A stretch of DNA of 64,000 nucleotides from Gemmatimonadales bacterium (lineage in GTDB: Bacteria > Gemmatimonadota > Gemmatimonadetes > Gemmatimonadales > GWC2-71-9): assembly GCA_037189525.1 (NCBI GenBank), contig JBBCJC010000003.1, positions 640,001 to 704,000 of the forward strand. Reading direction: 5' to 3'. The translations under genes and the position numbers were made by a program. Positions 56,817 to 64,000 of the stretch are shown in pieces. The stretch's first letter is position 1, and each line of letters opens with the position of its first letter. Under the pieces are notes generated by a model that searched no databases, was not told the DNA's origin, and was given only the letters and a program-made list of their open reading frames with translations.

Positions 56817-58003
56817 AGCGGACCCTGGCATCGCTCGATCCGGCGCGGCTGGACGGGCAGCGGGCCCTGGTCCGGGTCGATTTCAATTGCCCGGTCAAGG
56901 ATGGCGCCGTCACGGACGACACCCGGATTCGCGCGGCGCTGCCGACCATCAAGTACTTGAGGGAAAAAGGCGCCAGGGTCATCCTGCTGACGCACTTCGG
57001 GCGGCCGAAAGGCAAGGTCGATCCTGCCTTCTCGATCAAGCCGATTGTCCGGCCGCTCGAGCGGTTGCTCGGCGTACCGGTCACGGTGCTCGACGATCCG
57101 ACCTCCGAAGCAGCGGCGCAGGCATCGCGCCGCTTGCCGCGGGGCGGCGTGGCGCTGGCCGAGAATACCCGGTTCTATCCGGGAGAAGAAAAGAACGATC
57201 CGGAGCTGGCGAAGCGCTTCGCGGCGCTGGGTGATTTCTTCGTCAACGACGCCTTCGGTGCGGCGCATCGGGCGCATGCCTCGACGGAAGCGGTTGCGCA
57301 CCTGCTCAAGCCGGCCGTCTCGGGGTTCCTGATGGAAACCGAGCTCAAGTATCTGGGCGAGGCTCTCGATGATCCCAAGCGGCCGTTCGTCGCGGTGCTG
57401 GGTGGCGCCAAGATCTCCGGGAAGATCGATCTGATCGATGCGTTGCTGCCGAAGGTGGATGAGATCCTGATCGGCGGGGCCATGGGGTGCACCTTCTTCC
57501 GCGCGATGGGCCTGGAGACCGGAAACTCGCTGGTCGAAGCTGATCGGGTCGATCTGGCGCGGGACCTGATCGAGCGCGCGGGCGACAAGCTGGTGTTGCC
57601 GAAGGGCGGGGTGATCGCGCCCAGTCTTCGTGAGGGCATCACGACGCTGACGGTGCCGCGTGAATCGGTGCCGCCCGGGTTTGCCGTGTTCGACATCGAC
57701 CCCGCGACCGCGCGGAGTTTTGCGGAGCGGATCGTACGGGCCGGTACGGTGGTGTGGAACGGTCCGATGGGGGTCTTCGAGACGAGACCGTTCGATCAGG
57801 GCACGCTGGCCATTGCGCATGCCATCGCGGCGGCCACCAGCCACGGTGCCGTGACGGTCATCGGCGGGGGCGACTCCGCAGCTGCCGTGGCGCAAGCTGG
57901 GCTGACCGATCGGGTTACCCACGTCTCGACCGGCGGCGGGGCGTCGCTGGAGTTTCTCGAAGGCAAGCCCCTCCCGGGTGTTGCCGCGCTGGACGACGTC
58001 TGA
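56813..58003 (+). CDS. pgk: Phosphoglycerate kinase
   Basis: [46 protein letters not shown]. Confidence 0.98.
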
Positions 58004-58755
58004 TGAGTCGCTCGCTGATTTTTGCCGCCAACTGGAAGATGAACCTCACGCCCGAGGATGCGCGGGCGTTCGCGGCAGCCTTTCTCGCGGGGTTCGAGCC
58101 GGTCCAGGGCCGGTCGTACTGGTTTTTCCCGAGTGCCGTCAGCATCGAAGCGGCGGCTACCGCGTTTCGGGATCATCCGGTGTCGATTGGTGCGCAGGAT
58201 ATATACTGGGAACCGAAGGGCGCCTTTACCGGTGCGACCTCGGTGGCACTGGCGCGGGGTGCCGGCGCCGGGCTCGCGCTGGTGGGCCACTCGGAGCGGC
58301 GGCACGTCTTCGGCGAGACGGACGCGGAGACGGCGCGGAAAGTCCGGGCCGCGGGCGACGGCGGCCTGATCCCGTTGCTTTGTGTCGGCGAAACCCTGGG
58401 TGAACGGGATTCCGATCAGACTGACGCCGTCGTGTTGCGCCAGCTGCGCGCGGCCTGCCGGGACCTGGCGCCGGCGCATCTGGCGCAGGTGATCCTCGCC
58501 TATGAGCCGGTCTGGGCGATCGGGACCGGGAAGAACGCCACGCCGGCCGACGCTGCCCGGGTTCATGCCGTGCTCCGGGCGGAACTCCGGGCCATGGGGC
58601 ACCCCTCGCCGCGGATTCTCTACGGCGGCAGTGTCAACGCCTCCAACGTGGGGCAGCTCCTGGCGGAATCCGAGCTCGACGGCGTGCTGGTCGGAGGCGC
58701 TAGTCTGGATCCGGCCGGATGGCGGGCAATCGTCGCGACCGAGCTGGACGCCTGA
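58003..58755 (+). CDS. tpiA: Triosephosphate isomerase
   Basis: NWKMN, GHSERR, AYEPVWAIGTG, YGGSV, LVGGASL. Confidence 0.98.
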   Translation: MSRSLIFAANWKMNLTPEDARAFAAAFLAGFEPVQGRSYWFFPSAVSIEAAATAFRDHPVSIGAQDIYWEPKGAFTGATSVALARGAGAGLALVGHSERRHVFGETDAETARKVRAAGDGGLIPLLCVGETLGERDSDQTDAVVLRQLRAACRDLAPAHLAQVILAYEPVWAIGTGKNATPADAARVHAVLRAELRAMGHPSPRILYGGSVNASNVGQLLAESELDGVLVGGASLDPAGWRAIVATELDA

Positions 58756-58776
58756 TCCGGGACCGTCTGTCTCAGG

Positions 58777-58806
58777 TTGACGGAACTTCGTTCCAGGCAT
58801 TATGTT
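58777..58806 (+). promoter_or_regulatory. Putative sigma70 promoter of secG
   Basis: TTGACG-N18-TATGTT. Confidence 0.5.
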
Positions 58807-58830
58807 AGAGGGCTTTTTCCAAGACGACCG

Positions 58831-59190
58831 ATGCTCTACGGACTGATTCTGACGCTCCTGGTAATCGACGGCCTTCTGCTCGCCGTCGTCGTGCTGTTGC
58901 AGGCTGGCCAGGGTGGTGGTCTCGCCTCGCTTGGCGGGGGAGGGACCGATCTCGTGATGGGTGGCCGCCAGGCGGTAACCCTGCTGCACACGCTGTCCTG
59001 GTGGACCGGGGGCATCTTCATGTTCCTGGCGCTGGTCCTGTCCTTCATGGCGGGCGGCAACACCGTCGGGTCGTCGGCCGTACAGCAGCAGCTCAGGAAC
59101 GCTCCGGCTCCCGTCGTCGCGCCGCCGATCGGTGACGTGCCGGCCACGGCGCCCGAGCCGATCACGACGCCGCCTCCGGGCACGAACTAA
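58831..59190 (+). CDS. secG: Preprotein translocase subunit SecG
   Basis: VVLLQAGQGGGLA between two TMs; tpiA-secG synteny. Confidence 0.93.
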   Translation: MLYGLILTLLVIDGLLLAVVVLLQAGQGGGLASLGGGGTDLVMGGRQAVTLLHTLSWWTGGIFMFLALVLSFMAGGNTVGSSAVQQQLRNAPAPVVAPPIGDVPATAPEPITTPPPGTN

Positions 59191-59233
59191 GAGTCCACAT
59201 GGTATTGCTGATTGCATCGACCGGGGCGCTCGG

Positions 59234-60358
59234 ATGACCGAGCGCCCCGCATTCGTGTTGCTCGAAGATGGTGCCTGGTTTGCCGGTACCACGCGGTACG
59301 ACCTGGGTCCGGCGCTCGGTGAAGTGGTGTTCACCACCAACCTGACCGGGTACCAGGAGACCTTTACCGATCCGAGCTTCATCGGGCAGATCGTGGTGAT
59401 GACGGCGCCGATGATCGGGAACTACGGCGTCAACGAGATCGACCTCGAGTCGGCTCGGCCGCAGATCGCCGGTGTCGTGGTCCGGGAGTTGTCGCAGACC
59501 CACTCCAACTGGCGCGCCACCAAGGGCCTCTCCGACTGGCTGGCCGAGTCCGATATCCCGGTACTCGAGGGGGTCGACACCCGGCGGTTGACCCGGCATC
59601 TGCGAGAGCGCGGGGCGATGCGGGGCATCATTGCGGCGGGCCTCGAACCGACCGACGAACTCCGGGCCATGCTGATGGGTTCGCCGGGCATGGCGGGCCT
59701 CGACCTGGCTTCGACGGCGGGGACGCGGGACGTCTATCGGGAAGGTCCCGATAACCGGCCGCACGTCGTGGCGCTCGACTTCGGGATGAAGAGGAATATC
59801 GTCCGGATGCTGGTCGATGCCGGCTGCCGGGTCACGGTCATGCCGGGCAACACCCCCCCGGCGGAAGTGCTGGCCCAGAAGCCCGACGGGTTGTTCCTGT
59901 CCAACGGCCCCGGTGATCCGGGCGCTTTGACCCAGGCGATCGAGAATATCCGGGCGCTGACGGGCACCGGGATGCCCACCTTCGGGATCTGCCTGGGCCA
60001 TCAGCTGCTGGGGTGGGCCTTCGGCGGGCGGACGGTCAAGCTCCCGTACGGGCACCGGGGCGGCAATCACCCGGTCCAGGATCTGGAGACCGGCCGGGTG
60101 CTGATTACCTCCCAGAATCACGGTTTTTCGGTCGAAGGGGGCCGAGACGGGGTCCCTGGGGCGCCGGACGTGGCGGTCACCCACATCAACCTGAACGACG
60201 GAACGGTCGAGGGCCTGCGCCACCGAAAGCTCCCGGTCTTTGCCGTTCAGTACCATCCGGAGGCGGCTCCGGGCCCTCATGACGCGTTCCCGCACTTCCA
60301 GGAATTTCTGGCTCTGATGGCTTCACAAACCGTTAACCCCTTGACACACAAGGGTTAA
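59234..60358 (+). CDS. carA: Carbamoyl-phosphate synthase small subunit
   Basis: GEVVF.T..TGYQE, IGNYG, DTRRLTR, LSNGPGDP, GICLGHQ, QNHGF, QYHPE. Confidence 0.97.
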   Translation: MTERPAFVLLEDGAWFAGTTRYDLGPALGEVVFTTNLTGYQETFTDPSFIGQIVVMTAPMIGNYGVNEIDLESARPQIAGVVVRELSQTHSNWRATKGLSDWLAESDIPVLEGVDTRRLTRHLRERGAMRGIIAAGLEPTDELRAMLMGSPGMAGLDLASTAGTRDVYREGPDNRPHVVALDFGMKRNIVRMLVDAGCRVTVMPGNTPPAEVLAQKPDGLFLSNGPGDPGALTQAIENIRALTGTGMPTFGICLGHQLLGWAFGGRTVKLPYGHRGGNHPVQDLETGRVLITSQNHGFSVEGGRDGVPGAPDVAVTHINLNDGTVEGLRHRKLPVFAVQYHPEAAPGPHDAFPHFQEFLALMASQTVNPLTHKG

Positions 60359-60369
60359 GGCCATAGTAT
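60341..60369 (+). promoter_or_regulatory. Sigma70 promoter of HU/IHF gene with overlapping inverted repeat / IHF-like site
   Basis: TTGACA-N17-TAGTAT; TTAACCCCTTG-acaca-CAAGGGTTAA. Confidence 0.75.
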
Positions 60370-60433
60370 CGGTCGCCAAGCAGCGTCGATCCTGTCGGGG
60401 GTCGACGCTCGTTGTGACCCTGAAGGGGGGAGC

Positions 60434-60769
60434 ATGACGAAGGCCGATTTGGTGGAGCAGGTTACTGCGGCGATGGCTCGCACAGCGGGACCGCTCATTT
60501 CTAAGAAAGACTGCGCTCGGGTCGTCGATGCATTTCTCGACTCGATCAAGCTGGCGCTCAAGGAACAGCACAACATCGAAGTCCGCGGCTTCGGGACCTT
60601 CAAGATCCGTCGCCGGAAGACGCGCATGGCGCGCAATCCGCGCACCGGTGATCCGGTCGAGGTTGCTGCGCGGCCGGTGCCGGTGTTCAAGCCCAGCAAG
60701 GAGTTACGCGCGTTGGTCGCGGAGGACAGCGACGAGAGTCCGACGCTTCGCAGCGAGGATCTTGGCTGA
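60434..60769 (+). CDS. HU/IHF family DNA-binding protein (IHF beta-like)
   Basis: MTKADLV, IEVRGFGTF, ARNPRTG, PVFKPSKEL. Confidence 0.95.
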   Translation: MTKADLVEQVTAAMARTAGPLISKKDCARVVDAFLDSIKLALKEQHNIEVRGFGTFKIRRRKTRMARNPRTGDPVEVAARPVPVFKPSKELRALVAEDSDESPTLRSEDLG

Positions 60770-60798
60770 GCCGGCGGCATCACTGTCTGGGGTGACAC

Positions 60799-60830
60799 GG
60801 GTCGGCGTGAGGGTACGCCGGCCCTTTTTC
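60799..60830 (+). terminator. Intrinsic terminator after HU/IHF gene
   Basis: GGGTCGGCGT/ACGCCGGCCC stem followed by TTTTT. Confidence 0.8.
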
Positions 60831-60854
60831 ATTCCCCCGGATCGTATTCATGCC

Positions 60855-60883
60855 TTGCCGTCAGACGCTGCGGCGGTCATTAT
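60855..60883 (+). promoter_or_regulatory. Sigma70 promoter giving a leaderless moaD transcript
   Basis: TTGCCG-N17-CATTAT-N6-ATG. Confidence 0.55.
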
Positions 60884-60889
60884 CTGAAC

Positions 60890-61138
60890 ATGAACTCATC
60901 ACTCACCGTACTCATGTTTGCGCGGTACGCCGACCTCCTCGGGGCCGATCGGCTCGAGGTGCCGTCGTCCGTTGCCGCAACTATCGGTGATCTCGTCACT
61001 TACGTTCGGGGCCTTCCAGGAGGAGCTACCCTTCCATTTCGTCCGTTCGTGGCAGTCAATCTGGCGCAGGTCGAGATGGACTACATGCCCAAGCCGGGCG
61101 ACGAGATCGCATTTCTCCCACCCATGGCAGGAGGGTAA
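60890..61138 (+). CDS. moaD: Molybdopterin synthase sulfur carrier
   Basis: FA.Y.D, VAVN, GDEIAFLPPMAGG. Confidence 0.93.
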   Translation: MNSSLTVLMFARYADLLGADRLEVPSSVAATIGDLVTYVRGLPGGATLPFRPFVAVNLAQVEMDYMPKPGDEIAFLPPMAGG

Positions 61139-61141
61139 CGC

Positions 61142-61594
61142 ATGGATGTGCTCACGCGTGAGCCGATTGATCTGTCCGCGCTCATCAAGGCCGTCGAGTC
61201 GCCCGAACGCGGTGCCGTTGCCACCTTCCTCGGAATAGTTCGCAATCATCACGGCGGTCGGACGGTGCAGGAACTGGAGTACACCGCCTACGAGCCGATG
61301 GCGACCGAGCGCTTGCGGGCCATCGTGTCGGAGGCCGAGGGACTCTGGTCCGTTCGTGTCGCCGCGAGCCACCGGCTTGGTGCGCTTTCGGTGGGGGATG
61401 TCGCGGTCGCCATTGCCGTGGCCAGCGAACACCGCAACGATGCCTTCGTGGCGTGCCGATTCGTGATCGAAGAAATCAAATCCCGGCTTCCGGTCTGGAA
61501 GCGCGAGCGGTACGACGACGGCGGCGAGGTCTGGGTCGATCCGACATCGTCGAGCGGGGCGTACCCTGTACTGAGTCAGTCTTCGAACGCATGA
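61142..61594 (+). CDS. moaE: Molybdopterin synthase catalytic subunit
   Basis: GAVATFLG.VR, LEY.AY..MA, HRLG, HR..AF, PVWKRE. Confidence 0.95.
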   Translation: MDVLTREPIDLSALIKAVESPERGAVATFLGIVRNHHGGRTVQELEYTAYEPMATERLRAIVSEAEGLWSVRVAASHRLGALSVGDVAVAIAVASEHRNDAFVACRFVIEEIKSRLPVWKRERYDDGGEVWVDPTSSSGAYPVLSQSSNA

Positions 61595-62610
61595 CCCTGC
61601 TCGATGCGCTGGGGCGGCCGCTAGGCAGTCTCAGGTTGTCGGTGACCGACCGCTGCAACATGCGATGTGGTTACTGCATGCCGAACGACCACTATGTCTG
61701 GTTGCCTCGCGCATCGATTTTGACCTTCGAAGAACTCGATCGGCTGGCGGGCGTGTTTGCCGGTTTGGGGGCGCGCAAGGTTCGTCTCACGGGCGGTGAG
61801 CCGCTACTCAGGCAGCATCTCGATCGTCTGATCACCTTGCTGTCGGCGCGGCGCGAGGTGCAGGATATCGCGCTCACCACCAACGGGATTCTGCTGGCTG
61901 AGCAGGCCGAGACGCTCGCGGCGGCCGGCCTGGGACGGATCACCGTCAGCTTGGACACGCTGGAGCCTGCCCGCTTCAAATCGTTTACGCGGTCCGACCG
62001 CCATGACGCCGTTCTCCGGGGTATCTCCGCAGCTATCGACGCGGGATTTGCCGTCAAGCTCAACACCGTGGTGATGCGCGGCTACAACGACGACGAGATC
62101 GTACCGCTGCTGCGCTTTGCCCGGGAACGCAATCTGGAACTGCGCTTCATCGAGTACATGGATGTGGGCGGGGCGACTGCATGGCAGGAAAGCGCGGTCG
62201 TCTCCCGCGAGGAGATCCTGCAATCCGTCGGTGCGGCGTTCGGTCCGGTGGCGGCGGTGGACGGACGGGGCGAAGCGCCGGCCGAGCAGTTCCAGCTCGC
62301 GGACGGAAGCGTGTTCGGGATCATCGCGTCGACGACGGCGCCCTTCTGCGGCCAGTGCGATCGCAGCCGGATTACGGCGGACGGGACCTGGTTCCGTTGT
62401 CTCTACGCCGACGATGGCCTCGACTTGCGGACGCCGCTGCGCGATGGGACGTCCGACGACGACCTCCGCGCTCTGATCGCCGCGACCTGGGGAGTCCGGA
62501 TGGATCGCGGGGCCGAAATGCGGCTGGCCGACCCGCGCCGAGGTGCGCTCTACGCACTGGATGGTCTGCGCGCCGATCCGCGGCGCGAAATGCACACGCG
62601 CGGAGGTTAG
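61591..62610 (+). CDS. moaA: GTP 3',8-cyclase
   Basis: LRLSVTDRCNMRCGYCMP, LTGGEP, RFIEYM, FCGQCDR.R...C, C-terminal GG. Confidence 0.96.
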   Translation: MTLLDALGRPLGSLRLSVTDRCNMRCGYCMPNDHYVWLPRASILTFEELDRLAGVFAGLGARKVRLTGGEPLLRQHLDRLITLLSARREVQDIALTTNGILLAEQAETLAAAGLGRITVSLDTLEPARFKSFTRSDRHDAVLRGISAAIDAGFAVKLNTVVMRGYNDDEIVPLLRFARERNLELRFIEYMDVGGATAWQESAVVSREEILQSVGAAFGPVAAVDGRGEAPAEQFQLADGSVFGIIASTTAPFCGQCDRSRITADGTWFRCLYADDGLDLRTPLRDGTSDDDLRALIAATWGVRMDRGAEMRLADPRRGALYALDGLRADPRREMHTRGG

Positions 62611-62619
62611 GGAACGTCC

Positions 62620-63123
62620 GTGGCATTGCATGTCGCGCTGATCGAGCCGGAGATCCCGCCCAACACGGGGAACATCGCGCGCCTGTGTGCGGCGACCGAT
62701 GTTGCGCTCCATTTGATCGGTCCGCTGGGATTCTCGATCGATGATGCGCAGGTTCGCCGGGCGGGGCTCGACTACTGGCCCCATGTCGATCTCTGGACCC
62801 ATGCGAACTGGTTTGCGTTTCGTGATGCGATCAGCCGGGAGCGCTGCCTCTACTTCTCGGCGCGGGCCGAACGCCCGTTCTGGGAGGCGCCATTCCGATC
62901 CAACAGCTGCCTCGTTTTCGGGAACGAGACGGGCGGGATGCCCGATCGGATCCTGGCCAAGCATCCGGAGCGCTGCTTTACGATCCCGATGTCGGGGAGC
63001 GGGGTTCGCAGCCTCAATCTGGCGACGGCGGTGGGTGTCGTGCTGTACGAAGGGATCCGCCAGCTGGGGCTGGAAGGGGACCTCCCGGCGGCGCCCGCAC
63101 GACCTTCGCGGCGAGCGAAATGA
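62620..63123 (+). CDS. trmL: tRNA (cytidine/uridine-34-2'-O)-methyltransferase
   Basis: EPEIPPNTGNIARLC, RRAGLDYW, FG.ETGG, IPM, RSLNLA. Confidence 0.95.
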   Translation: MALHVALIEPEIPPNTGNIARLCAATDVALHLIGPLGFSIDDAQVRRAGLDYWPHVDLWTHANWFAFRDAISRERCLYFSARAERPFWEAPFRSNSCLVFGNETGGMPDRILAKHPERCFTIPMSGSGVRSLNLATAVGVVLYEGIRQLGLEGDLPAAPARPSRRAK

Positions 63124-63207
63124 CAGCACGGTCCCTTGGACCAACCTATTCGTATTACTATGTTTCCGATGTGTCGGACCGATCGGCCTGCCGAGGCCGA
63201 TTGCTGA

Positions 63208-64000
<793 letters not shown>

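Noticed and set aside
59234..60358. carA without adjacent carB as a novel stand-alone glutaminase
   Set aside because: Split carA/carB loci are common; carB is probably elsewhere in the genome.
60770..60889. Moco riboswitch upstream of moaD
   Set aside because: Region is explained by the HU/IHF terminator and a promoter abutting the ATG; no room for an aptamer.

Overview
GC-rich bacterial chromosome segment, gene-dense and mostly housekeeping. Gene order and protein style suggest Gemmatimonadota (inference from recall; no search run). Core content: rlmN, aspS-phoH-ybeY-2xCNNM-mgtE, rne/rng-rplU-rpmA, ppa, tRNA-Leu(CAA), pepA, yicC-gmk-rpoZ-coaBC-udg-dnaB-radA-ispD-tsaC-LMWPTP-aroE-comF-gap-pgk-tpiA-secG-carA-HU/IHF-moaDEA-trmL, and mdh (missed by the ORF track). 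I saw no CRISPR array, integrase, transposase, prophage or rRNA. Best leads: (1) an ECF sigma/zinc anti-sigma/Spy-like trio directly upstream of a B. subtilis-like nfeD-floA-yqfB membrane-microdomain operon, with a candidate ECF promoter; (2) a MeaB + split B12 mutase carrying isobutyryl-CoA-mutase rather than methylmalonyl-CoA-mutase residues, plus an MCC-beta-like carboxyltransferase; (3) a lipoprotein subtilase resembling eukaryotic tripeptidyl peptidase II; (4) a ~400-nt highly structured leader upstream of rne/rng; (5) a lipoprotein Ig/ZU5/beta-lactamase-fold hydrolase with a possible autoproteolysis site; (6) a YwlE-type phospho-arginine phosphatase; (7) several apparently leaderless genes, a gmk lacking a canonical start, and three decayed gene remnants. 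All assignments come from motif recognition by eye, and start codons are best estimates.
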